Shown: positions 18,852 through 28,544 of the stretch, piece by piece
How positions within the stretch are numbered: the first letter of the stretch is position 1
Layout: each line of letters starts with the position of its first letter
NCBI RefSeq assembly: GCF_036559105.1
Contig: NZ_DATBTV010000021.1
Coordinates: forward strand, 1,689-65,688
DNA: 64,000 nucleotides
Direction: 5' to 3'
Source of the DNA: Lapillicoccus sp.
Lineage (GTDB): Bacteria > Actinomycetota > Actinomycetes > Actinomycetales > Dermatophilaceae
The notes under the pieces: generated by a model
What the model was told of the DNA's origin: nothing
Databases searched by the model: none
Seen by the model: the letters and a program-made list of their open reading frames with translations, nothing else
Position numbers and translations under genes: made by a program

Positions 18852-19717
18852 GAGGTGTTCCGATCCATGAAGCGGACCTGGACCACGGTGACGACGAGCA
18901 GGACGAGGAACATGATCGTGGCGACCGTCGCGCCGTAGCCGGCCCGGAGGTTGACGAAGGTCTCCTGGTAGACCTGGTAGACGAGGGTGGTCGTGCCGTT
19001 GCCGACGGGCCCGCCCCGCGTCATCACATTGATGATGTCGAAGACCTGGACCGAGCTGAGCAGCACGGTGATCGACAGGAAGAACGTCGTGGGCCGCAGT
19101 TGCGGGAGCAGGACCCGGGTGAACTTCCGCCACGACGATGCGCCGTCGATCTCGGCGGCCTCGTCGAGGTCGGTCCTGCGGCCCTGGAGGGCGGCGAGGT
19201 AGATGACGAACGAGTACCCGAGGTTCTTCCAGATGTAGGTCACGGTCACCATGAACAGCGCCCAGTGCTGGTTCTGGTAGAAGTCCGGGGACGCGACGCC
19301 GATCCGCGCGAGCAGGTCGCGCACCAGCCCGAAGCTGGGGTCGAAGACGAACTGGAACGCCACGCCGACCGCCGCCCCAGAGATGACGAACGGTGCGAAC
19401 ACCGCGGAGCGGACGAGGTTCCGACCGCGGAGACGCTGGTCCAGCAGCATGGCGAGGGCCAGGCCGACGCCCATCGAGATGACGACGGTGGCGACGGTGA
19501 AGATCACCGTGTTGAGGACGATGGTCCGGGTGTCCTCGCGGGTGAACCACTCGGTGTAGTTCGCGAAGCCGATGTAGTTGGCGATCGGGGCCGAGATGTT
19601 CCAGTCGGTGAACGACAGCCGGATGTTGTCGAGCAGCGGCCGGTAGGTGAAGAGGATGAGCAGGGCGAGGTTCGGCAGCAGCAGCACCGCGGCGAGGAGC
19701 CACTCGCGCCGGCCCAC
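18848..19717 (-). CDS. ugpA: carbohydrate ABC transporter permease
   Basis: MalF/UgpA-like (LLPNLALLILFTYRPLLDNIRLSFTDW; EAAEIDGASSWRKFTRVLLPQL). The start is provisionally GTG 19717; upstream GTGs near 19810 are possible. Confidence 0.75.
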   Translation of the reverse strand: MGRREWLLAAVLLLPNLALLILFTYRPLLDNIRLSFTDWNISAPIANYIGFANYTEWFTREDTRTIVLNTVIFTVATVVISMGVGLALAMLLDQRLRGRNLVRSAVFAPFVISGAAVGVAFQFVFDPSFGLVRDLLARIGVASPDFYQNQHWALFMVTVTYIWKNLGYSFVIYLAALQGRRTDLDEAAEIDGASSWRKFTRVLLPQLRPTTFFLSITVLLSSVQVFDIINVMTRGGPVGNGTTTLVYQVYQETFVNLRAGYGATVATIMFLVLLVVTVVQVRFMDRNTS

Positions 19718-20074
19718 CCCGGACCGCTTCGGGGGTGGCCCGACCGGCTCGGGCGGACCGACCCGGACCGCCGTGTCGCGCGTCGCGGTCGTCAACGGCC
19801 TCGCCACCACGACACGGCCGGAGACGTTTCCGTCGCCCGGTGAACGGTGCGCAGCCCAACCATGAACCCTCCACGAGACGGCGATGTCGGTCGCGGCGGC
19901 CACGTCTGTCGAGATGTGACCGCTCGTCACTAAGTCACGACAATTGCCCCCGCGGCGCACACCATAGCCTCCGACGCGCGGGACTGCATCCGGGCAGCGG
20001 CCTCCGACCGAATCCAGGTCACCGGTGCACTCCACCGACGGGGTGCGCATCCCGGTTCCCCCGAAGGAGACACC

Positions 20075-20392
20075 ATGCGTATGCGCACACCGCTCGGAGC
20101 GTCCGCCGCTCTCGCCCTGGGCCTCGGCCTGACCCTGGTCCCCGCCGCCTCCGCCGGTGCCGCACCCGACACGAGGTGCATGCGGGCCGGCATCGCCTTC
20201 CTCAAGGACAACGGGCTGTTCTCGACGGTGGCCAAGGACGGTCTGCCGATCGCCACCGCGGTCGCGGTCGGCGTCACCCCGCGCGCCGGCACTGACGTCG
20301 CGTCCCTGCCCGACCCGCTGCCGCTCAGCGTCGTGCTCGCCGACCACCGTGCCGGCGAGAGCAGCCTGTTCGTCTACCCCTGGTGCGGCTGA
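20075..20392 (+). CDS. small secreted hypothetical protein
   Basis: GAAGGAGA RBS 6 nt before the ATG. Signal peptide ...LVPAASAGAAP. 105 aa with two Cys (one at the penultimate position, PWCG). Confidence 0.5.
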   Translation: MRMRTPLGASAALALGLGLTLVPAASAGAAPDTRCMRAGIAFLKDNGLFSTVAKDGLPIATAVAVGVTPRAGTDVASLPDPLPLSVVLADHRAGESSLFVYPWCG

Positions 20393-20482
20393 CCACGCCG
20401 CTGACCTCCCGCTGAACCAGAGGCGGGCTGACCCGCGTACCGGCGGCCTTCGGGGGATCGTCGGAGCGGTATCGGCCCCACG

Positions 20483-20518
20483 CGAACGGCCCGGAACCAG
20501 CTGGTTCCGGGCCGTTCG
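20483..20518. terminator. strong bidirectional hairpin between convergent genes
   Basis: CGAACGGCCCGGAACC-AGCT-GGTTCCGGGCCGTTCG, a perfect 16-bp stem about 50 nt after the rpsA stop. Confidence 0.6.
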
Positions 20519-20569
20519 TCGTGCGGGGTCGTGCGGGTCACGGCTCGTCAGGCGAGCCGTGCCGACCGG

Positions 20570-22075
20570 TCAGTTGCCGGTCAGCTTCTCCCGCAGGGCG
20601 GCGAGCGCCTCGTCCGAGGCCAGCGTGCCCTCGGCCGCCGACGGACGGGGCGCGGCCACGTCGTCGGACCCGTCCGAGCTGCTGCTCGAGCCGCTGGAGG
20701 ACGAGTACGACGTCGGCATCTCGCCGCCGCCGGACGCGGCCTCGGCATCGGCCTTGGAGGCCGCCTCGACCTGCGCCTTGTGCGACTCCCAGCGGGCGTG
20801 CGCCTCGGCGTACTGCTTCTCCCACTTCTCGCGCTGCGTCTCGAAGCCGGGGAGCCACTCGTTCGTCTCCGGGTCGAAGCCCTCGGGGTACTTGTAGTTG
20901 CCCTGCTCGTCGTACTCCGCGGCCATGCCGTAGAGCGTCGGGTCGAACTCGGCGACCGGCGCGCTCTCGTCGTTGGCCTGCTTCAGCGACAGCGAGATGC
21001 GACGACGCTCCAGGTCGATGTCGATGACCTTGACGAAGATGTCGTCGCCGACCGTCACGACCTGCTCCGGCAGCTCCACGTGGCGCTCGGCCAGCTCGGA
21101 GATGTGGACCAGGCCCTCGATGCCGTCGTCCACGCGGACGAAGGCACCGAACGGGACCAGCTTGGTGACCTTGCCCGGCACGACCTGACCGATCGCGTGG
21201 GTCCGGGCGAAGTGCTGCCAGGGGTCCTCCTGCGTCGCCTTGAGCGACAGGGAGACCCGCTCGCGGTCCATGTCGACGTCGAGAACCTCGACGGTGACCT
21301 CCTGGCCCACCTCGACGACCTCGGACGGGTGGTCGATGTGCTTCCAGGACAGCTCGGACACGTGGACGAGACCGTCGACGCCGCCGAGGTCGACGAACGC
21401 GCCGAAGTTGACGATCGAGCTGACGACACCGGTGCGGACCTGACCCTTCTGCAGCTCCTTGAGGAACGTGGTGCGCACCTCGGACTGGGTCTGCTCGAGC
21501 CACGCCCGGCGGGACAGGACGACGTTGTTGCGGTTCTTGTCCAGCTCGATGATCTTGGCCTCGATCTCCTTGCCCACGTAGGGCTGGAGGTCGCGGACGC
21601 GACGCATCTCGACGAGCGAGGCGGGCAGGAAGCCGCGGAGACCGATGTCGAGGATGAGCCCACCCTTGACGACCTCGATGACGGTGCCGGTGACGACGCC
21701 GTCCTCTTCCTTGATCTTCTCGATCGTGCCCCAGGCGCGCTCGTACTGAGCCCGCTTCTTGGACAGGATCAGCCGGCCCTCCTTGTCCTCCTTCTGGAGA
21801 ACGAGGGCCTCGACCTCGTCGCCGACCTTGACCACGTCGGCCGGGTCGACGTCGTGCTTGATGGACAGCTCACGCGAGGGGATGACGCCCTCGGTCTTGT
21901 AGCCGATGTCGAGCAGGACCTCGTCCCGGTCGACCTTGACGATGCGACCTTCGACGATGTCGCCGTCGTTGAAATCCTTGATCGTCGCGTCGATCGCGGC
22001 GAGCAGGTCTTCCTCAGATCCGATGTCGTTGATCGCGACCTGAGGGGCGGCCTTGGTGGCCGTGCTGGCAGTCAT
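20570..22075 (-). CDS. rpsA: 30S ribosomal protein S1
   Basis: Start at ATG 22075 (MTASTATKAAPQVAINDIGSEEDLL). Four S1 repeats and an acidic C-terminus. Confidence 0.95.
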   Translation of the reverse strand: MTASTATKAAPQVAINDIGSEEDLLAAIDATIKDFNDGDIVEGRIVKVDRDEVLLDIGYKTEGVIPSRELSIKHDVDPADVVKVGDEVEALVLQKEDKEGRLILSKKRAQYERAWGTIEKIKEEDGVVTGTVIEVVKGGLILDIGLRGFLPASLVEMRRVRDLQPYVGKEIEAKIIELDKNRNNVVLSRRAWLEQTQSEVRTTFLKELQKGQVRTGVVSSIVNFGAFVDLGGVDGLVHVSELSWKHIDHPSEVVEVGQEVTVEVLDVDMDRERVSLSLKATQEDPWQHFARTHAIGQVVPGKVTKLVPFGAFVRVDDGIEGLVHISELAERHVELPEQVVTVGDDIFVKVIDIDLERRRISLSLKQANDESAPVAEFDPTLYGMAAEYDEQGNYKYPEGFDPETNEWLPGFETQREKWEKQYAEAHARWESHKAQVEAASKADAEAASGGGEMPTSYSSSSGSSSSSDGSDDVAAPRPSAAEGTLASDEALAALREKLTGN

Positions 22076-22257
22076 GTAGGAGGAACTCCGATGGTGGACA
22101 GTGAGTTGATGGTGGAAGATGCCGTGAGTGGTACCGGCGCCGACCGGGTGCCCGCCCAACGGCGGGCATGCGTGGTCGACGCACACACGTGTGCCTGCGT
22201 ATCTTACCGGCGCTGTCTGCAGCCGGTCAAAGCACGTCCGCCCGCCACACTGGGCGC

Positions 22258-23115
22258 ATGACCAGCGACGATGCCGCCGGACCTCGGTCGGGACAGGGGT
22301 ATGCGTGGACGGCCTACCCGGTCACGCGCCGGGAGGCCGACCAGCCGGAGACGGTCCACGCCAACCGAGCATGGTGGGACGCCGAGGCCGCCGACTACTA
22401 CTCCGAGCACGGCGCCTTCCTCGGCGACGCCGACCTGACGTGGGGACCGGAGGGCCTTCGGGAGTCCGAGGCGCACCTGCTCGGCGACCTTGCGGGTATG
22501 CGGGTCCTCGAGATCGGCTCGGGAGGAGGCCAGGGGGCGCGCTGGGTGGCCGGCCAGGGCGTCGCCTCGGTGGTCGCCTCCGACGTGTCGGCGGGCATGC
22601 TCGAGCGCGCCCGTCGGATCAACGCCACGGTGGCCGACCCACGGCAGCGGGTCCCGCTGGTGCAGTGCGACGGCGCCGCCCTCCCCTTCCCCGAGGAGGC
22701 CTTTGACCTCGTCTTCACCGCGTACGGCGTGGTCCCGTTCGTCGCGGACTCCGGGCGGGTCATGGCCGAGGCGGCCCGCGTGCTGCGGCCCGGCGGCCGG
22801 TTCGTGTTCTCGACGACACACCCCGTCCGCTGGGCGATGCCCGACGACCCGGGTGAGCAGGGTCTGCGCGTGACCCAGTCGTACTTCGACCGCACCGCCT
22901 ACGTCGAGCAGGACGCCGCCGGCCAGGCGACCTACGTGGAGCACCACCGGACCTTCGGCGACCGGGTGCGCGAGATCGCCGCCGCGGGCCTGCGGCTGGT
23001 CGACGTCGTCGAGCCGGAGTGGCCGGAGTCCAACCTCGAGACCTGGGCCGGCTGGTCGCAGCTGCGCGGGCGGCTCATCCCCGGGACGGCGATCTTCGTG
23101 ACCTGGAAGGACTGA
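22258..23115 (+). CDS. class I SAM-dependent methyltransferase
   Basis: Start at ATG 22258. Motif I VLEIGSGGGQGARW, and a Methyltransf_11-like DLVFTAYGVVPF. Confidence 0.8.
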   Translation: MTSDDAAGPRSGQGYAWTAYPVTRREADQPETVHANRAWWDAEAADYYSEHGAFLGDADLTWGPEGLRESEAHLLGDLAGMRVLEIGSGGGQGARWVAGQGVASVVASDVSAGMLERARRINATVADPRQRVPLVQCDGAALPFPEEAFDLVFTAYGVVPFVADSGRVMAEAARVLRPGGRFVFSTTHPVRWAMPDDPGEQGLRVTQSYFDRTAYVEQDAAGQATYVEHHRTFGDRVREIAAAGLRLVDVVEPEWPESNLETWAGWSQLRGRLIPGTAIFVTWKD

Positions 23116-23146
23116 CAGTCGCACTCGCCGGGAGGATGCTGCTCGC

Positions 23147-23572
23147 ATGGCTCTTCCCGACCCGGACAGCAGCGTCGGCCACTCGTTCGGCCTGGAGCTC
23201 GACGGAGTGACGCTACCTATCACCGACGTGGTCGGCCTCGTCCTCTCGGTGTTCCGGCTCGAGTTCGAGGCGGAGCACGGCGGCATCCCGCCCGGCCCAC
23301 GAACCTCGCGCCACGCCCTGACCCTCGTGCGGCCGCTCAGTGGGGAGAAGTCCTTCGCCGGCTGGGTCCAGCAGGCCAACGACGTGGGGCTGGAGGCGGC
23401 GCGGCGACGTGGGGCGGTCGTCGTCTACGACGACGAGGGCAGGCCCGTCGCGAGGTACCACCTCGAGAACGCCTGGCCGTCGAAGCTGGAGATCGGGTCA
23501 CTCACGGCCGGCGGTACTCAGATGGTCGTGGAGCGGCTGACGGTGAGCTACGAGCGCTGCTGGTTGGAGTGA
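23147..23572 (+). CDS. phage/contractile-injection tail tube-like protein (T4 gp19 / PF06841-like), orphan
   Basis: 141 aa. HSFGLELDG near the N-terminus, ARRRGAVVVYDDEGRPVARYHLENAWPSKLEIGSLTAGGTQMVVERLTVSYE near the C-terminus. This matches my memory of the conserved phage tail region protein family. GGGAGGA RBS. Starts 31 nt after the methyltransferase. Confidence 0.65.
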   Translation: MALPDPDSSVGHSFGLELDGVTLPITDVVGLVLSVFRLEFEAEHGGIPPGPRTSRHALTLVRPLSGEKSFAGWVQQANDVGLEAARRRGAVVVYDDEGRPVARYHLENAWPSKLEIGSLTAGGTQMVVERLTVSYERCWLE

Positions 23573-23585
23573 GACCTCGGGTCGA

Positions 23586-24353
23586 TCAGATGAGCGAGTA
23601 GCCACCGTCGATGACGATCGACTCCCCCAGCACGTAGCTCGAGGCGTCGGACGCGAGGAAGACGACCAGGCCTCGGAGGTCGGCAGGCTCACCGAGTCGA
23701 GCCGCGGGGACGCGGGCGCGCCAGCCCTCGCCGACCTCTGGGTTGGCGTCGATGAACTGTCGGGTCATGTCGGAGAGGAAGTAGCCAGGGGCGATCGCGT
23801 TGACCCGGATACCGCGGTCGACCCACTCGACCGCCAAGGACCGGGTCAGCTGGTCCACGGCCGCCTTGGAGGCGTTGTAGGCCGCCTGCCGTTGTGGGAC
23901 GTTGACCACGAACGCCGACATCGACGACACGTTGACGATGCTCGCGACTCCCCCGGCGTGCAGGACGACCCGAGCGAAGGCCCGACACGCGAGGAACGTG
24001 CCGGTGAGGTTGATGTCGACGACCCGGCGCCAGTCCTCCGCCGATGTCTCCTCGGCCGGGGACCACGCCGCGACGCCGGCGGCGTTGACGAGGACCGACG
24101 GTGGTCCCAGCTCGTCCACCACGCGGTGGAGGGTCCGCGCCAGCTCGGTCTCGTCGGTCACGTCCACCCGCAGACCTACCGCCCCCACGCCGCGTCGGGC
24201 GGCCAGCTCCGCGGCAACCGTCTCAACGCCGTCGCCGACGTCCAGCAGTGCCGTCGCGCACCCCATCTCCGCCAACGCGTCGGCCATCTCCAGGCCGAGG
24301 CCGCGCCCGCCGCCGGTCACCACGGCCACCTTGCCGATCAGGTCGTCGAACAC
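23586..24353 (-). CDS. SDR family oxidoreductase (FabG-like)
   Basis: TGGGRGLG cofactor motif, NAAG, and the catalytic YNASK. Confidence 0.85.
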   Translation of the reverse strand: MFDDLIGKVAVVTGGGRGLGLEMADALAEMGCATALLDVGDGVETVAAELAARRGVGAVGLRVDVTDETELARTLHRVVDELGPPSVLVNAAGVAAWSPAEETSAEDWRRVVDINLTGTFLACRAFARVVLHAGGVASIVNVSSMSAFVVNVPQRQAAYNASKAAVDQLTRSLAVEWVDRGIRVNAIAPGYFLSDMTRQFIDANPEVGEGWRARVPAARLGEPADLRGLVVFLASDASSYVLGESIVIDGGYSLI

Positions 24354-24534
24354 GGCCTCAGCGTGTCACGTGGACGGCGCACACGCACTGCGCGTCGGCC
24401 CCACTCGTCCGGCTCCGGGCTCGAGACCCGGGCACGACCACCCCCGCAACGATGTCGAGATGCGGATCATGGCGGCCAGCACGCCCCGATAGCCGCCGAC
24501 AAGACGTCGAGATGCCGATCGTCGTGGCGGCGCG

Positions 24535-25173
24535 CTAGCGAGCCGGACCGACCAACCGGCCGGATGCCGGGAGACGTCCACCGTCGAACCGATCCGCGCG
24601 CAGGCGGTAGAGGACATGCGTCCGCACGGGACTGTCCGGGTCGAGCTTCGGGTGGTCGAAGTCCTCGGCCGGGTCACGCGTCATCCCGAGGCGTTCCATG
24701 ACGGCTCGGCTGCGCGTGTTGGCCACGGTCGTGAACGAGACCACCTCGTCCAGACCCAGCGAACCGAACGCCACGGCGAGGGCGGCGCGAGCGGCCTCCG
24801 TCGCATACCCCCGGCCCCAGGCCGACCGCGCCAACCGCCACCCGATCTCCGTACACGGCGTGAACGGGGCCGACCACTGCGGTCGGTTGAGGCCGACCAT
24901 CCCGAGGAACGCGCCGGAGTCGAGCGCCCCGACCGCCCAGAGCCCGTACCCGTACACCTCCAGGAGGGCGGCGTTGCGGTAGGCGAAGGCATTCGACTCC
25001 TGCTCGTCGAGGGTCGACGGGAAGTAGCGCATCACCTCGGGGTCGGCGTTGAGGGCGGCGAACGGCGCCCAGTCCTCGTCGCGCCACTGGCGGAGCACCA
25101 GCCGCACGGTGCGCGGCTCGACGAGGGGTATGCGGCGGTCCTCGTCCGGGATCGAGGTCGGGGTCGAGGTCAC
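24535..25173 (-). CDS. GNAT family N-acetyltransferase (RimJ/RimL-like)
   Basis: 212 aa. EIGWRLARSAWGRGYATEAARAALAVAF is the typical acetyl-CoA-binding segment. Confidence 0.8.
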   Translation of the reverse strand: MTSTPTSIPDEDRRIPLVEPRTVRLVLRQWRDEDWAPFAALNADPEVMRYFPSTLDEQESNAFAYRNAALLEVYGYGLWAVGALDSGAFLGMVGLNRPQWSAPFTPCTEIGWRLARSAWGRGYATEAARAALAVAFGSLGLDEVVSFTTVANTRSRAVMERLGMTRDPAEDFDHPKLDPDSPVRTHVLYRLRADRFDGGRLPASGRLVGPAR

Positions 25174-25174
25174 C

Positions 25175-27883
25175 TCAGTGCGCGGCGTCGTGCCAGGACC
25201 GGCCCACCCCGACGCTGACGTCCAGCGGGACGTCCATCACGGCAGCGTGGCCCATCTCGTGGCGGACCAGCTTCTCGACGTCGTCCCGCTCACCCGGGGC
25301 GATCTCCAGGACCAGCTCGTCGTGGACCTGGAGCAGCATCCGGGACTGCGCGCCGGCGTCGGTGAGGGCGCGGTCGACGCCGAGCATGGCGACCTTCATG
25401 ATGTCGGCGGCCGAACCCTGGATCGGCGCGTTGAGGGCCATCCGCTCGGCCATCTCGCGACGCTGCCGGTTGTCGCTCAGCAGGTCGGGCAGGTAGCGGC
25501 GTCGGCCGAGCATGGTCGCGGTGTAGCCGTTGCCCCGGGCCTCCGCGACCAGCTCGCGAAGGTAGTCGCGCACTCCGCCGAACCGGTCGAAGTACATGTC
25601 CATCAGCCCGGCCGCCTCGCTCGTCGAGATCGTCAGCTGCTTCGACAGTCCGAACGCGCTGAGCCCGTAGGCCAGGCCGTAGGACATGGCCTTGATCTTG
25701 CTGCGCTGCGCCGCCGTGACCTCGTCGACCCCGACGTTGAACACCTTCGACCCCACGAAGCTGTGCAGGTCCTCCCCCGACCGGAACGCCTCGATGAGCG
25801 CCTCGTCACCCGACAGGTGGGCCATGACCCGCATCTCGATCTGGCTGTAGTCCACCGACATCAGCGACTCGAAGCCGTCGCCGACGATGAACATCTCGCG
25901 GATCCGGCGGCCCTCCTCGGTGCGGATCGGGACGTTCTGCAGGTTCGGGTCGGTGGAGCTGAGCCGCCCGGTGGCGGCGATGGTCTGGATGTAGGTCGTG
26001 TGGACCCGCTGGTCCTCGGCGACCGACTTGAGCAGCCCCTCGACCGTGACTCGCAGGCGCGCGGCGTCGCGGAACGCGAGCACCGAGGCGAGGAACGGGT
26101 TGTCGACCTTGCGGCCCAGCTCGTTGAGCGCGTCGGCGTCGGTGGTGTAACCGGTCTTGGTGCGCTTGGTCTTCGGGAGGTTGAGCCGGCCGAAGAGCAC
26201 CTCCTGGAGCTGCTTGGGGCTGCCGAGGTTGATGCTCCGGTCGTCGATGGCCTCCCAGGCGTCCTCCTGGGCCTCGCGAACCTGCGCGTCGAAGTCGCTC
26301 TCCAACGACTCGAGGGCCGGAACGTCGACGGCGATGCCGGAGCGCTCCATGCCGGCGAGCACGCCCACGAGCGGGAGCTCGACGTCGCGCAGCAGTCCGG
26401 AGCCACCGGTGCGGTCGAGCTCCACGTCGAGGGCGTCGGCCAGCTCGAGGACCGCGCTGGCGATGACCATCGCCTCGCCCGCCTCGGCGTCCTGGTCGCC
26501 GTCGAAGTCCAACATCCCCTGGCCGCCCGGAGCGGTGTCGTTCTTCAGCTCGCGGTGCAGCATCCGCAGGGACAGGTCGGCGAGGTCGAAGACCCGCTGG
26601 TCGGGCTTGACGAGGTAGGCGGCGAGCGCCGTGTCGCTGGTCAGGCCGACGAGATCCCAGCCGCGGGCGGCCAGGGCGTGGGACGGACCCTTGGCGTCGT
26701 GCAGCGCCTTGGGCCGGCTGGGATCGGCGAGCCAGTCGGCCACGGCCTGCTCGGCCTTCTCGTCGAGGCTCGTGACGTCGAGGTATGCGGCGCGCCCGGC
26801 GGTCGCGACGGCAAGCGCGCGGATGTCACCAGTGCCGCGGGCCCACTGCCCGACGACGTTGACGCCGGTGCGCTCCCCCGCCTTGACGTGCTCGTCGAGC
26901 CAGGCCGGCACCTCAGCCGACGACAGGACGTCGCCGTCGACGTCGAAGCCGGACTCCGCCTCGGCGGTGACCGCGTCGAGGGTCTGGAACAGCCGCTCGC
27001 GCAGCACCCGGAACTCGAGGCTGTCGAACACCTCGTGCACCTGCTCGCGGTCCCAGGTCTGGCGCTCCAGCTCGTCGACGCTCACGTCGAGCTGCACGTC
27101 GCGGACCAGCTGGTTGAGCCGTCGGTTGCGGAGCACGCCGTCGAGGTGCTCGCGCAGGGCGTCGCCGACCTTGCCGCCGATCTGGTCGATGCTGGCGACG
27201 ATTCCCGGCAGGTCGCCGTAGGTGGTGATCCACTTGGCCGCGGTCTTGGGCCCCACGCCGGGCACTCCGGGGAGGTTGTCGGACGACTCACCCACCAGCG
27301 CCGCGAGGTCGCTGTAGCGCTCCGGCGGCACCAGGTAGCGCTCCGTGACCGCGGCCGGGTCCATCCGCCACACGTCGGAGACGCCGCGGACGGGGTAGAC
27401 CATCGTCACGTCGTCGCTGACCAGCTGGAACACGTCGCGGTCGCCGGAGACGATGACGACCTCCATGCCCTGCGCGGTCGCCTGCGTCGTGAGGGTGGCG
27501 ATGATGTCGTCGGCCTCGTAGCCGGGCGCCTCGATGTAGCGGATCTTCAGGGCGTCGAGCACCTCGTGGACCAACGGGATCTGGCCGGAGAACTCGGTCG
27601 GGGTGGCGCTGCGGCCGGCCTTGTACTCCGCATACTCCTCGAGCCGGAAGGTCTGCCGGGACAGGTCGAAGGCGACCCCGATGTGGGTCGGCTCCTCGTC
27701 ACGGAGCATGTTGATGAGCATCGACGTGAACCCGTAGACGGCGTTGGTGTTCTGGCCGGTCTTGGTCGAGAAGTTCTCGGCCGGCAGGGCGTAGAACGCG
27801 CGGTATGCCAGCGAGTGGCCGTCGAGGAGCAGGAGCCGGTTCGCAGGTGCCACGACGTTCACCCTAGGCCCCGGCACCGACAC
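25175..27883 (-). CDS. polA: DNA polymerase I
   Basis: 5'-nuclease N-terminus LLLLDGHSLAYRAFYAL. Pol motif A DYSQIEMRVMAH and motif C QVHDELVLE. The start is uncertain among GTG 27883/27862/27853. Confidence 0.95.
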   Translation of the reverse strand: MSVPGPRVNVVAPANRLLLLDGHSLAYRAFYALPAENFSTKTGQNTNAVYGFTSMLINMLRDEEPTHIGVAFDLSRQTFRLEEYAEYKAGRSATPTEFSGQIPLVHEVLDALKIRYIEAPGYEADDIIATLTTQATAQGMEVVIVSGDRDVFQLVSDDVTMVYPVRGVSDVWRMDPAAVTERYLVPPERYSDLAALVGESSDNLPGVPGVGPKTAAKWITTYGDLPGIVASIDQIGGKVGDALREHLDGVLRNRRLNQLVRDVQLDVSVDELERQTWDREQVHEVFDSLEFRVLRERLFQTLDAVTAEAESGFDVDGDVLSSAEVPAWLDEHVKAGERTGVNVVGQWARGTGDIRALAVATAGRAAYLDVTSLDEKAEQAVADWLADPSRPKALHDAKGPSHALAARGWDLVGLTSDTALAAYLVKPDQRVFDLADLSLRMLHRELKNDTAPGGQGMLDFDGDQDAEAGEAMVIASAVLELADALDVELDRTGGSGLLRDVELPLVGVLAGMERSGIAVDVPALESLESDFDAQVREAQEDAWEAIDDRSINLGSPKQLQEVLFGRLNLPKTKRTKTGYTTDADALNELGRKVDNPFLASVLAFRDAARLRVTVEGLLKSVAEDQRVHTTYIQTIAATGRLSSTDPNLQNVPIRTEEGRRIREMFIVGDGFESLMSVDYSQIEMRVMAHLSGDEALIEAFRSGEDLHSFVGSKVFNVGVDEVTAAQRSKIKAMSYGLAYGLSAFGLSKQLTISTSEAAGLMDMYFDRFGGVRDYLRELVAEARGNGYTATMLGRRRYLPDLLSDNRQRREMAERMALNAPIQGSAADIMKVAMLGVDRALTDAGAQSRMLLQVHDELVLEIAPGERDDVEKLVRHEMGHAAVMDVPLDVSVGVGRSWHDAAH

Positions 27884-27941
27884 CGGACGCCGCCCCCTGG
27901 GGCCCCGTCGGTCGACGTCGGAGGGGCTCCGTGGAGGCGCG

Positions 27942-28544
27942 CTAGAGGTCGGCGGCGTGGGTGGCGGTGCCCTGGCGCACGGCCCGGAACCGCGCGGAAC
28001 GGCGCCGCTGGATGACCTCTTCGAGGCCCACCCGCCGCAGGACCGGCGTGTCCACCGAGGCGGCGAGCTTGCGGTGCAGGGCCGCCGGCGTCGTCACCCG
28101 ACGGACGACGGTCGGCGAGAAGCCGAGCCGGGCGAAGAACCGGTTGGCGTCGCGGACCTGTGAGGGGACGTGGCTGACGATGGCCTCGGCACCGACCCGG
28201 TCGGCGTGAGCGGCTGCGGCGGCCAGCAGCTGGCGCGCCACCCCGTGACGGCGCCACGACGTGGACACGAAGAGCTGGTCGATCGACGTGCACGGCGAGT
28301 CGGTCAACGGTCCCGCGAGGCTGTCCTTGAGGACGACGTAGCCCACGGCGGTGTCCTCGGCGAACGCGAGGAACGCGGTCACCTCGGTGCGCTGCAGCGC
28401 GGTGGTCAGGGACTGCAAGGAGGCGACGCGCAACGCCGCCTCGGTCCCGCCACCGGACTCGACCCGGTTCTCGAGCCACAGGTCCACCAGGTCGCCCTGG
28501 TGAGTCTCGTCGACCAGTCGGACGCTGATCTGAGGACGTGACAC
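27942..28544 (-). CDS. GNAT family N-acetyltransferase
   Basis: Start at GTG 28544, preceded by AGGAGG (28555-28550). WRRHGVARQLLAAAAAHADRVGA is an acetyl-CoA motif. Confidence 0.7.
   Translation of the reverse strand: MSRPQISVRLVDETHQGDLVDLWLENRVESGGGTEAALRVASLQSLTTALQRTEVTAFLAFAEDTAVGYVVLKDSLAGPLTDSPCTSIDQLFVSTSWRRHGVARQLLAAAAAHADRVGAEAIVSHVPSQVRDANRFFARLGFSPTVVRRVTTPAALHRKLAASVDTPVLRRVGLEEVIQRRRSARFRAVRQGTATHAADL

Noticed and set aside
24454-24520. A 15-nt direct repeat with one mismatch (GTCGAGATGCSGATC) 52 nt apart between the GNAT stop and the SDR start.
   Set aside because: It is a single imperfect pair in a short intergenic region with no palindromic character or recognisable motif. 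It could be a duplication remnant or an SDR promoter element, but I cannot support a function.
25049-28015. Very long alternative-frame or antisense ORFs in the track (for example 9243-11786 +, 25049-28015 +, 36348-39059 +, 56119-58602 -, 59696-61828 - N-terminal part).
   Set aside because: They overlap genes with unmistakable family motifs (GH81, polA, gltB and others), and their translations are dominated by R/G/P/A/D/V. This is the usual stop-codon-poor artefact of very high G+C DNA.
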